Both the position numbers and the translations under genes were made by a program. From NCBI GenBank assembly GCA_003142575.1, contig PLMS01000093.1, positions 2,995 to 66,994 on the forward strand: DNA of 64,000 nt, written 5' to 3'. Below, piece after piece: positions 39,778-50,314 of the stretch. The notes under the pieces are model-generated. The model was not told where the DNA came from and did no database searches. It saw only the letters and a list, made by a program, of their open reading frames with translations. How positions within the stretch are numbered: the first letter of the stretch is position 1; each line of letters opens with the position of its first letter. Origin of the DNA: Ignavibacteriota bacterium. Lineage in GTDB: Bacteria > Bacteroidota > Ignavibacteria > UBA10030.

Positions 39778-40345
39778 AATCTTTCAGCTTCTTTCGCAAA
39801 CGTGCCGTTGCTTCAAAGAGATACTTCTTCACAGTTCCTTCATTGCATTTTAGCATTTCTGCAATCTCTCTTAACTTATATCCCTCATAATGCTTCATTG
39901 TAAAAACCATCCGCTGACGCGGTGAGAGCGTTTTCAGTGCTTGTTCCACGCGCAGTGCTATCTCCGCATCATATGTCGGCTGATCAGCGGCAGCAGTATC
40001 AGAGAGCGTATCTTTCAATGCATGCGGTTGACCGTCTTCATCATTTATACTCTGATCGAGCGATGTATGCGAATTTCTGTTCCTGCGTGATCGATGACTC
40101 AAACAAACATTTGTTGTTATCCGGTAAATCCAAGTCGAGAATTCACTTTTATATTGAAACTTCGAGAGGCCCTTATACACCCGGAGGAATACTTCCTGAT
40201 AGATGTCTTTTGCATCGTCGGCGCTGTGTACATACCCCGCCGCGATTGTGAGAACTCGTTTATCATGCAGTTGAACAAGCTGTTCAAATGCGTTCATATT
40301 CCCTTGCTGGGCTTGCATAATCAACTCGGTTTCACTGCCGGTCAT
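39767..40345 (-). CDS. ECF-subfamily RNA polymerase sigma-70 factor.
   Basis: Region 2 is YQEVFLRVYKGLSKF and STWIYRITTN. Region 4 is LSPRQRMVFTMKHYEGYKLREIAEML. Confidence 0.85.
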   Translation of the reverse strand: MTGSETELIMQAQQGNMNAFEQLVQLHDKRVLTIAAGYVHSADDAKDIYQEVFLRVYKGLSKFQYKSEFSTWIYRITTNVCLSHRSRRNRNSHTSLDQSINDEDGQPHALKDTLSDTAAADQPTYDAEIALRVEQALKTLSPRQRMVFTMKHYEGYKLREIAEMLKCNEGTVKKYLFEATARLRKKLKDFAS

Positions 40346-40554
40346 ACTTTCAGAATTCCTTTGTTCGTCAGACACAAAATTAGACCTTTGATCTATAGAA
40401 AAGGTTGGGGCTTTGCTTAAAGATAATGACTCCTCAGACTTCATTCAAGGACCCACCGCTTCATCACATAACTTGCATCCATCAATCTGCCTTGATATAT
40501 TGATACAGTTTAATAATTTTGATCATTTCAGGAACGTATCACGATAGATTTTCC

Positions 40555-41463
40555 ATGGAAATCTTTCTCAACCTGCTTATTATCTCAGTGCTTTTTCTCA
40601 TTCAGGCAGCGTTTGTGCTGCTTGTCGCAGGTCCGTTGATTCTACTCAAACCGGTCCGACGGAAGAAGGAATGGTACGCTCAATTTACCCCTCTTCTTGA
40701 ACCAAAGGATGCCGGACTTCCACAAGAAAATGTAACTCTTGAGACGTTTGACGGATGGAAGTTGAGCTGCTGGTTCATCCCGCAAAAGAAAAAAACTCGT
40801 GGTACAATAATTTTTTTGCACGGGGTTGGTGATTGTAAAATTGCCGGTATAGGATTCGCGCGATCTCTCTATGACGAGGGATTCAATATTTTTCTCTACG
40901 ATTCACGCCAGCATGGTGAAAGCGAAGGTTTGTATTGCACCTACGGGTTTTATGAGAAGTATGATGTTTCGGCAGTTACCAGATATCTCCGGTCACGAAA
41001 AGAGAGAGAAATTGGAAAGATCGGTCTCTTCGGCACATCGATGGGCGGAGCTGTTGCGATTCAAGCAGCTGCAATTGATTCTCGTATATCTGCCGTCGTT
41101 TCCGAATGCAGCTATACCTCGTTGCGCATTGTCTTCGTGGATTACCAAAAACGTATTATCAAATTGCCCTGGCATTTTTTAAGGAATATCGCGCTCGTCC
41201 AATCCCAGAAAATAGCAAACTTCAAAGCGAGACTTGTCTCACCATTGGAAGACATCAAACGCGTACACGTCCCTATCCTCATTGTTCATGGGAAGAATGA
41301 CTCATTTATCAAATCTGAATACTCCAAGTTGCTTTATGATGCCGCCAATAAACCTAAGCGTCTTCTCCTTATCGACAATGCAGACCACAATGATGTATGG
41401 GAAGTTGGCGGTGCCGCATATAAAGATTCCGTGGCTTCATTTTTTAAAGAACATTTAGCTTGA
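40555..41463 (+). CDS. Alpha/beta hydrolase (esterase-like) with an N-terminal TM anchor.
   Basis: IIFLHGVGD. Nucleophile elbow GTSMGG. The His lies in DNADHND. Confidence 0.8.
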   Translation: MEIFLNLLIISVLFLIQAAFVLLVAGPLILLKPVRRKKEWYAQFTPLLEPKDAGLPQENVTLETFDGWKLSCWFIPQKKKTRGTIIFLHGVGDCKIAGIGFARSLYDEGFNIFLYDSRQHGESEGLYCTYGFYEKYDVSAVTRYLRSRKEREIGKIGLFGTSMGGAVAIQAAAIDSRISAVVSECSYTSLRIVFVDYQKRIIKLPWHFLRNIALVQSQKIANFKARLVSPLEDIKRVHVPILIVHGKNDSFIKSEYSKLLYDAANKPKRLLLIDNADHNDVWEVGGAAYKDSVASFFKEHLA

Positions 41464-41577
41464 GAGAGATATATTTCCATGAAGCGCTTCCTCCTCTTCT
41501 TCATCACTCTCCCTTCATTGAGTTATGCACAAACACGATTTTCACGCCGGAGAGATACAATAATTGAGAGTGCACCG

Positions 41578-43044
41578 CTATTTTGATTCCGGCACATTTA
41601 TTTTTGTTTGAAGCAGCGCAACGTTTTCAATATGAAACGTATGGGGAAACATATCCACCGGCTGAAGCTTCATAAGCTGATACTTCTCCGCACAAAGTAA
41701 CTTGACATCACGCGCCTGCGTTGCCGGATTACAGCTCACATAGACGATTCGTTCCGGTGCTATCGCTACTATTTCTTCAACAACTTTCGGATGCATGCCG
41801 TTACGCGGCGGATCTATGATAAGTACATCGGGTTTTGGATGAGATGACATCCATTCTGTATCTTTCGTCAATCGTTCTTTCAAATCACCAAGTAAAAACC
41901 GGCAATTGGTGATACCATTCTCCCGTGCATTCTTTTCCGCATCACGGATTGCACTTTCCACAGATTCAATCCCGATTACTTCCTTGACTGCATCCGAAAT
42001 GGAAATAGCAATGGAACCGGTGCCGGAATAAAGATCATACACAGTATCGGTAGATTTAAACTCGCCAAATTCTTTCGTCACACCGTAGAGCTTTTCCGCC
42101 TGCGCCACATTCGTCTGGAAAAATGAACTCGCAGAAATCGAGAAGTGATGGCTCCCCAGTAGTTCATGAATCCATCCGTTGCCGAGATACACTATTTCTG
42201 TTTCGCCGAATGCAATTTGTGCTTTCTTGGCGTTAATCGTATTCACCACTGTCGTCACTTCACCTACATTCGCTTTCAACTCTGCCGCATAGTGCTTCAT
42301 CACATCAGGACGGTCTTCAAATGTCACAAGATTCACCATGAGTTCTTTTTTCTTCTTACTCTCGCGGATAACGAGGAAACGGAGATACCCAGTATTGCGG
42401 TCAGAGTCATAGACGTTCAAATGATTCCGACGGGCAAAATCTCTCGTAAAGTTTAATATCTGATTTGAGCAATGAGATTGAAGATGACACTCATCAAGAT
42501 CCAGAACCTTATCGTACCGCTGAGGAACATGCAAACCAAGAAATATCGGGGATTGTTGATGTTCTAAGGATACATCCTGAGAGATCATTCCTTCTTCCGA
42601 TTTTTGCGGCGGAGAAGATAACCATTGTTTTTCGGCAAACGAATATTCCATCTTTCCGCGATAAAAATAAATCTCGTCTGCTCCGATAATCGATGAAACC
42701 TGAATATTCGAGAAACCGCCGATTCGTTCGAATGCGTCTACAACTTGCTGCTGTTTGAAGCGAAGCTGCGCTTGATAAGCAACATGCTGCCATTTACAGC
42801 CGCCGCACACACCAAAATATTTGCAGCGTGGTTCGACGCGCAAAGGCGACGGGCGTTCCACACGCACGAGTTTTGCTTCAGCAAAACTTTTTTTGATCTT
42901 GGACAGTTTCGCAACAACGAGATCGCCGGGCACAGCGTTTTCAACAAACACGACCAGCCCTTCATGGCGAGCGACGGCTTTTCCTTCAAAAGCTGCATCG
43001 GTGATTTCAAGCTGGAGTTCATCACCGCGTTTTAATTCATTCAT
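41578..43044 (-). CDS. rlmD: 23S rRNA (uracil-C5)-methyltransferase RlmD/RumA family.
   Basis: N-terminal TRAM domain. Fe-S cysteines CKYFGVCGGCKWQH. MTase motifs DLYSGTGSIA and VYVSCNPAT. Confidence 0.85.
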   Translation of the reverse strand: MNELKRGDELQLEITDAAFEGKAVARHEGLVVFVENAVPGDLVVAKLSKIKKSFAEAKLVRVERPSPLRVEPRCKYFGVCGGCKWQHVAYQAQLRFKQQQVVDAFERIGGFSNIQVSSIIGADEIYFYRGKMEYSFAEKQWLSSPPQKSEEGMISQDVSLEHQQSPIFLGLHVPQRYDKVLDLDECHLQSHCSNQILNFTRDFARRNHLNVYDSDRNTGYLRFLVIRESKKKKELMVNLVTFEDRPDVMKHYAAELKANVGEVTTVVNTINAKKAQIAFGETEIVYLGNGWIHELLGSHHFSISASSFFQTNVAQAEKLYGVTKEFGEFKSTDTVYDLYSGTGSIAISISDAVKEVIGIESVESAIRDAEKNARENGITNCRFLLGDLKERLTKDTEWMSSHPKPDVLIIDPPRNGMHPKVVEEIVAIAPERIVYVSCNPATQARDVKLLCAEKYQLMKLQPVDMFPHTFHIENVALLQTKINVPESK

Positions 43045-43092
43045 TGTAACTACTCAAAGTGTTTTTCGATAGTGCCATTCTTTACCATGGTT

Positions 43093-43182
43093 TCCTCTCC
43101 TCTTAGGGGAGGACTAAGGTGGGGTCAGTTTATCCTTTTATTCTTTAACCTCACCCTAACCCCCTCCTGTGAAGAGAGGGAA
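43093..43182. repeat. Imperfect inverted repeat of about 35 bp arms that could form a long stem-loop, in the rlmD-mutase intergenic region.
   Basis: tttcctctcctcttaggggaggactaaggtgggg pairs approximately with cctcaccctaaccccctcctgtgaagagaggga. Confidence 0.4.
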
Positions 43183-43251
43183 TTATTTTTCTATTTACAA
43201 AAAAATGCTGAGTAGTTACCTTTCATTTAGGTATCCAATTTATACAAGAAT

Positions 43252-43287
43252 AAAAAAACCTCCGGCATATAGGGTCGGAGGTTTTTT
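43252..43287 (-). terminator. Bidirectional rho-independent terminator just 3' of the mutase gene.
   Basis: aaaaaaa-cctccg-gcatatagggt-cggagg-tttttt. Confidence 0.65.
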
Positions 43288-43309
43288 ATATGTTGCATGG
43301 AATTGCTTG

Positions 43310-44707
43310 TTAGACTTCTCGGGCTGCTTTCAGCAATGTTTCAACTTTCTCCGGTGTCTCTGCTTCAGCATAAAATCGGATCAACGGCTCTGTGCCTGAC
43401 GCACGGACGAGCACCCACCCATTTTCCACAAAAAGTTTGAAACCGTCTTTGGTTTCAATACGTTGAATAGAAAATCCGGCAATCTGCTTCGGTCCTTTCT
43501 TATAAATAGCAAGAATACGCTGTTTCTCTTTTTCGGTCAGATGTGCATCGTATCGATTGAAATAATGCCATCCGAACTCGCTCATTAATTCATTCACAAG
43601 TTCACTGAGTTTCTTTTTCCGAGTTGCCATAATTTCGGATAGCAGTAATCCGATGTACGTCCCATCGCGCTCTGGCAAATGTCCTTTCACACCAACTCCG
43701 CCGCTTTCTTCTGCCGCAATCAAAATGTCGCGCTCGACCATCAATCGGCAGAGATATTTAAATCCAACCGGTGTCTCGTGCAATACCAAGCCGTACTTCT
43801 TGCACATCTTGTCGATAATTTGACTGACAGAAAACGATTTCGCCACTTCGCCGGTCATCTTCTTTTCTTCGATAAAATATTTCAGAAGAATTGCAAAGAT
43901 CCGGTGTGAATCGACGAAGTTGCCATTCTCATCAAACGCACCAATGCGGTCTGCATCTCCATCCGTGGCAATGCCGATGTCGCATCCATTTTTCACAATT
44001 GCCTCAATCAATCCAGGAGTATTTTGTGGCAATGGTTCGGGATGACTCCCGCCAAATGACGGGTTGAAATCACCGCGTATCGATACCTTCAGCGGAAGAA
44101 TCTGATCCATCACTCCTTGACCTGCACCGTGCATCGCATCGTAAGCAATTTTAATTCCGGACGACTTGATAAGATCAATATTTATTTTACTCTTAATATC
44201 TTTAATGTATATCGAGGTGAAATCAATTTTTTTTATGAGCCCTTTTTCAACCAACTCCTCAAACGACTTTTTGCTTACTACTTTTGACTTTATAACTTTC
44301 TTCAGTTCCTTCTCCACTTTCTCGATTGACTCTGGAAAAGCTGGACCACCAAAGTTTCCCTTGATTTTGAAGCCATTGTACTTCGCTGGGTTGTGGCTGG
44401 CAGTAATGATGATGCCTGCGGCGGCATCGAACTTTTTCGTCAATAAAGAGACCATCGGCGTAGAAGAAATCTTATCTGAGAGAATAACCTTCATTCCGCG
44501 ATTGCCAAGAACTTCCGATACCTTTTCTGCAAACTCCATTGATAGAAAACGCGAATCGTACCCAACAACAATGCCGTTTTTTATTTTTTTGTCTCGCTTG
44601 TAGAAGTTCGCTGTCGCAAGTGCAACCTTCGCGATGTTTTCAAAAGTGAAATCATCGGCAATCACTCCGCGCCATCCGTCTGTACCAAATTTTATGTGTG
44701 GAGTCAT
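43310..44707 (-). CDS. Phosphoglucomutase/phosphomannomutase family protein (phosphohexose mutase).
   Basis: Active-site Ser loop IIITASHNPAKYNGFKI. A four-domain alpha/beta/alpha pattern. Confidence 0.85.
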   Translation of the reverse strand: MTPHIKFGTDGWRGVIADDFTFENIAKVALATANFYKRDKKIKNGIVVGYDSRFLSMEFAEKVSEVLGNRGMKVILSDKISSTPMVSLLTKKFDAAAGIIITASHNPAKYNGFKIKGNFGGPAFPESIEKVEKELKKVIKSKVVSKKSFEELVEKGLIKKIDFTSIYIKDIKSKINIDLIKSSGIKIAYDAMHGAGQGVMDQILPLKVSIRGDFNPSFGGSHPEPLPQNTPGLIEAIVKNGCDIGIATDGDADRIGAFDENGNFVDSHRIFAILLKYFIEEKKMTGEVAKSFSVSQIIDKMCKKYGLVLHETPVGFKYLCRLMVERDILIAAEESGGVGVKGHLPERDGTYIGLLLSEIMATRKKKLSELVNELMSEFGWHYFNRYDAHLTEKEKQRILAIYKKGPKQIAGFSIQRIETKDGFKLFVENGWVLVRASGTEPLIRFYAEAETPEKVETLLKAAREV

Positions 44708-47184
44708 TATAATTTTTCCTTAACTGTAAATAGATTATATTCAGCCAATGATTCGTTGACTGACGTAACTTTCACTTTTTCATTGATCAATTTATCGATA
44801 AGTATCTTACCAGTTTTCAATTTGTTATAATTCGATCTAATTGTATCGAAAAACAAAATTTTCCAACTATCAAGTTCGAATCGTTCCGCAAACATCGGTG
44901 ATTTCATCTTACGCTGAAGCTGTTCTTCCCGCTCCTGAGGTATGATCATATACTTTGGTACATCCTGTGAAAGATTCGATCCGCGAACCAATCCGCTTGT
45001 CATTGTTGTTGTTGATTCTACTTCGAATGCTGCAACAACTTTGTTCCCTTTGATCCAGAGTAAATCGATCATCTCGACGGTTTTCAGGTCTTCAATACCG
45101 CTCACCTTGGAAAGGTCGGCATCAACATAGTTTTGAAGAAGCTTCTTTGCCCCTATAATTCCAGCAGCAAAATCAGTTTGTTCCTTTTTTCCAATCCAGA
45201 TTTTATAACCTAGAGCTTGTCCGACTTCTGCCAACACCGCAATGATTTCGCTGTGCTGACTTATTCGCTCGCGCACTTGTGGCTTTAGCAACCAGAATCC
45301 ACCGGTCACAGGTCGTGCATATTGTTCCAGTGCCTCTTTAATACTCGTGCTATCCGATGTCAGCGAGTTAGGAAATTGAATACTCACAGCTTCCCACGCA
45401 TCTGTGAATGTTACTCTTCCTTTTCCTTGAAGAAGACGCAAAACAGTCTGCTCTACTCGCTCGGTAAGCGGAATTTCTTTCAATCGCGCCACTTGATTCG
45501 GATCCTTGAACCACCACAACTGTCCTTTTGCACCTCCAAGACGTTCTTCTACTAACTTAAACTCTTGGCCGATGTGGTTTTTCAACACCATTTTGACATC
45601 TAGTCCTGTATGCAGATTGGAGAAGTATCCTTGCTTTGCCAAAATAGGATCGATAAAATTGATAACAATGGTATATGGAGTTGGTTCTGCTCTTTCCGCC
45701 AGCAATTGGATTGTGGTATCAACAACAATCTTTTCAAAACGCTTCTCATCAATTTCTTCCGGTACTTCAATGCGAGATGCTTCCGATTGTGGTTTGTGAA
45801 AACGAAGATAAAAATCACCCTGGGCAGAACCAAATGGTTGCAGAAGTGATTTTCCTGATTTTTGTGCAGTAGGTTGATGATGAATTTTTTCAAGCTCAAA
45901 TCCAGCATACGTTCCCGCGCGAATTGTTGCATTTCGCACTTGAAACGTGGGATTATGAAATGTGACAGTCATGTAGCGCCCAAGTTTCAGCGCTGCATGC
46001 ATTCCCTCAAAACTGCTTTTCAATAAACCGTGATAAACATCGAAATCTTTATGTTGCCGTTCATTGCGAACAACTTCTTTAGCAGAAATTGTATCAGTGT
46101 AACCCGTATCCTTTTTCAACCAGGCAGCCCACATATATGAAAGCTCGCCGTATTGGATCGAAGCATCGTATGGAGGATCAGTAAAGATATAATCCACTGA
46201 GCGTGAGGTAAGTTTTGCAAAGACATCCAGACAATCGCCAGTGATTATGCAGATGTCTGCTTTCCCTTCAAGGACTTGCTTGGGGTTCGTGGTTATCTTC
46301 ACATCCTTAAAAAATTTGTTGGATTCCACCTTCGCTTTAAGAAGTCCCTGATGACCAAGTATTGAACTTTCAAATTTATTCCAGACATTTTGTTCCATGA
46401 ATTCAGGCGCAAACCAAAAGCTATGTTGTGTCCACACAGAACTGAATGCGGTTTGATGATTAGTTGGCGCCGGGCTGAGAGCGGGTACCATCGTTGAACA
46501 CAAATGCACCATTGAGGAGAATGCAATTTTCAAGAAAGCTTTTAACTTCTCATCTTCCTCTTTCTCAATGGATTTCATCAGCAAAGCAAGTGCATAGAGA
46601 TTTCGTGGAGTAAATAGTTCATCGATGGATTCATACCGTTCCTTCTTCATAAACGGTGTTCCATCTGAATAATAAAGCGGATTCTTTGGATACCAAATTT
46701 TTTTCTTGTTGAATTCTTCTTCGATCTCTTTTATTCTTTTGAGATCTTTCCTGGTTGGTTTTCCGCCTTTTTCAACAACTTTACCACAGTTTGTGCATTT
46801 GTAACGAAGTTCTTTGAGAGTCAGATTTTTCTTTTCATCCCGATTCCAAATTGAACACTCAACCGGAATATCTTCACCACATTTCCGACATTCCGTTACG
46901 TACAAACCATCGATCTGCGACTTTACATCTTGTTCAACACGGACAAATGCTTCCCGCAAGCGAAGTGGTTCTATATATTCAACAGTAAGCCGTAATATTT
47001 CTGTCGCAATAGGATTGAGATCAACGGCAATCACTTTCCTTCCAAGCTTCAATGCTTCTAGTGCAGTGACGCCACTGCCGGAGAATGGATCCATCACTAT
47101 ACCACCCTTCGGGCAATACGTTTCGATAAATTGCGATATAACATTCCAGGTTTTTCTTCCCCAGAATTTGTGCCAATTGTACAT
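44707..47184 (-). CDS. Circularly permuted N6/N4 DNA methyltransferase with a zinc ribbon (COG1743-like) and an uncharacterised C-terminal domain of about 400 aa.
   Basis: Motif I MDPFSGSGVTALEALKLGRKVIAVDLNP is near the N-terminus. A C4 zinc ribbon follows (CRKCGED...CTNCGK). Motif IV VDYIFTDPPYDASIQYG lies about 300 aa later. The stop overlaps the mutase start codon by 1 nt. GC looks lower than neighbours by eye. I use the internal ATG start (MYNWHKFW), although the track ORF starts at a TTG. Confidence 0.75.
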   Translation of the reverse strand: MYNWHKFWGRKTWNVISQFIETYCPKGGIVMDPFSGSGVTALEALKLGRKVIAVDLNPIATEILRLTVEYIEPLRLREAFVRVEQDVKSQIDGLYVTECRKCGEDIPVECSIWNRDEKKNLTLKELRYKCTNCGKVVEKGGKPTRKDLKRIKEIEEEFNKKKIWYPKNPLYYSDGTPFMKKERYESIDELFTPRNLYALALLMKSIEKEEDEKLKAFLKIAFSSMVHLCSTMVPALSPAPTNHQTAFSSVWTQHSFWFAPEFMEQNVWNKFESSILGHQGLLKAKVESNKFFKDVKITTNPKQVLEGKADICIITGDCLDVFAKLTSRSVDYIFTDPPYDASIQYGELSYMWAAWLKKDTGYTDTISAKEVVRNERQHKDFDVYHGLLKSSFEGMHAALKLGRYMTVTFHNPTFQVRNATIRAGTYAGFELEKIHHQPTAQKSGKSLLQPFGSAQGDFYLRFHKPQSEASRIEVPEEIDEKRFEKIVVDTTIQLLAERAEPTPYTIVINFIDPILAKQGYFSNLHTGLDVKMVLKNHIGQEFKLVEERLGGAKGQLWWFKDPNQVARLKEIPLTERVEQTVLRLLQGKGRVTFTDAWEAVSIQFPNSLTSDSTSIKEALEQYARPVTGGFWLLKPQVRERISQHSEIIAVLAEVGQALGYKIWIGKKEQTDFAAGIIGAKKLLQNYVDADLSKVSGIEDLKTVEMIDLLWIKGNKVVAAFEVESTTTMTSGLVRGSNLSQDVPKYMIIPQEREEQLQRKMKSPMFAERFELDSWKILFFDTIRSNYNKLKTGKILIDKLINEKVKVTSVNESLAEYNLFTVKEKL

Positions 47185-47243
47185 TGGCGTATGGGCTTGG
47201 GGCGGTATTTGGTGGTTAAGATGGATCAATGTTTGAAAAAGAA

Positions 47244-47462
47244 AGGCTGGTGAGAAGTTGGAACTCCTTCCCAGCCATATTTACGTCCTTCACAGTTTAC
47301 AACTTCGCATTCACTGCTGATTTACCGGCGTAGATCGAGTTTGTTCCGAGTTCTTCCTCAATGTGGAGTAATTGATTCTACTTCGAATGCTGCAACAACT
47401 TTGTTCCCTTTGATTCAAAGTGAATCGATCATCTCGACGGTTTTCAGGTCTTCAATACTGCT
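47244..47462. repeat. Chimeric diverged duplicate: enolase 3' end plus 3'UTR hairpin (~48742..48874) fused by microhomology to an internal MTase fragment (~45012..45102).
   Basis: Hand alignment gives about 80 bp matching the last ~23 enolase codons plus the stop, then about 88 bp matching the MTase interior. The junction lies at attgattNtacttcg, which is shared by both sources. There are about 9 substitutions and all are transitions. Confidence 0.7.
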
Positions 47463-47484
47463 ATAGAAATTTCCTCATCGCGTT

Positions 47485-48627
47485 TTAATTAATATTAAGA
47501 ACAAGCGGTATTGTCACTCGGAATGTCGTTCCTTCTTCTTGCGATGTAGTAAACGAAACTTTTCCATGGAGATACCGCTCACTTAGTAGTTTCATACTGT
47601 ATGTGCCAAGTCCACGGTTCGAACCATTTGTAGAAAATGATCGTTGGAACATTTGCAACTGAACATTTCTTGGAATAAACGATGTATTGTGCACCCAAAA
47701 TTCAACAGATTCGTTGTGATGAGCACAGCCTACTGTAACTATTCCTTTTTCTGGAGATGCTTCGAGTGCATTCTTAATCATATTGCCAAGAACACGTCCC
47801 AATAAAGTTGAGTCGGATACAAACATAATTCGCATTGCATGAAGATCAACGCTGATTGTACGATTTTCCGCAACAATGTGGTGGCGATAGAATTCGCAAA
47901 CTTCTTGTATGCAATCAATTGAATTAATCTCTTTTGGGTTTGCTGCTAATTCATTGCTTTCTGCTGCCGCAAGTTCAACTTGTGCTTTAATTTCATCAAT
48001 AAGTTTTCTCAAAAGATGTTTGATTGTACTCAGACATTCTTTCTGAATTTGCGGATCTTCTTCTTCCATCATCTCAAAGTACCCAGTGAGTCCTCCTGTC
48101 GTGTTTAATACATCATGGAAAAATATTCGTTCTAACGCACGACGGCGTTTTTCGTGACTAATATCGCTAATCGTAAAAATCGTGAATGTTCCATGATAGG
48201 TATTCAGAGGTGTTGCGGTAACTCTCAATTCCAATGGGTCTAAATTTCCTTCTCGCGATATTAAATATTCCTGAACACTTGCATTTCCTTTCTGGCTGAC
48301 AAGGATGGCACGCACAGCACCGCATGTACGGCAATATTCTGTTGTACCGCATCCACCTTCGCTTTCTATTGCATGTATACATCGCAACACTTCGCCATGT
48401 CTTTTCCCATGTGAAGAATGTTCTCCAGATAATTTCATGAATTTGTCCATTGCATGATTGGCAAAAACAATTTGCCTGTGTTCATTCAAAATTACAACTA
48501 TGATAGGTACAGCATTCAGTACTTCACTCTGTAAAGAGTTTTTTATAAAAAAATTAATTTGTTGATTCAAATCTTCTGTGGTTGCACGTTCTGCTGGCGC
48601 ATATTGTGTCGGTAATGATGTAATCAA
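47485..48627 (-). CDS. Cytoplasmic sensor histidine kinase with an N-terminal 4-Cys (C-x10-C-x6-C-x2-C) PAS-like sensor domain.
   Basis: H-box FFHDVLNTTGGL. HATPase GNMIKNALEASPEKG ... GLGTYSMKLL. Cys cluster CIHAIESEGGCGTTEYCRTCG. No TM segment. Confidence 0.75.
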   Translation of the reverse strand: MITSLPTQYAPAERATTEDLNQQINFFIKNSLQSEVLNAVPIIVVILNEHRQIVFANHAMDKFMKLSGEHSSHGKRHGEVLRCIHAIESEGGCGTTEYCRTCGAVRAILVSQKGNASVQEYLISREGNLDPLELRVTATPLNTYHGTFTIFTISDISHEKRRRALERIFFHDVLNTTGGLTGYFEMMEEEDPQIQKECLSTIKHLLRKLIDEIKAQVELAAAESNELAANPKEINSIDCIQEVCEFYRHHIVAENRTISVDLHAMRIMFVSDSTLLGRVLGNMIKNALEASPEKGIVTVGCAHHNESVEFWVHNTSFIPRNVQLQMFQRSFSTNGSNRGLGTYSMKLLSERYLHGKVSFTTSQEEGTTFRVTIPLVLNIN

Positions 48628-48793
48628 GACAATCTTCCTTTATTTTGTAAACTTTTGTCAGCAAATTCTAAGCAATTAAAAAATAATATCAAAACGCGAG
48701 AGAATATTTCCACACAACGAAGCAGTGAAGAGTGCGCCATGTGGCTGGGAGTGTACCTCCCTCCCAGTTTCTTCGTGTTCTTCATCGATATCT

Positions 48794-50185
<1,392 letters not shown>

Positions 50186-50314
50186 TTATGCACTTAAATA
50201 AAGCCAAAAATTGCTGGAAATGCAATGGAAGCTGCGTGACCTTCCGAAGGGAATGAGACAGTATTCTGCTACGCGGAAGTCAATGTTAATGCTTCCTGCT
50301 CTTCGGAAGGTTTT

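Noticed and set aside
47244-47470. Reading the enolase/MTase mosaic as an ordinary rho-independent terminator of the kinase gene.
   Set aside because: The identity to two specific genes in the window, including coding sequence and a stop codon, is far beyond what a terminator would carry. Part of it may nonetheless still terminate transcription.
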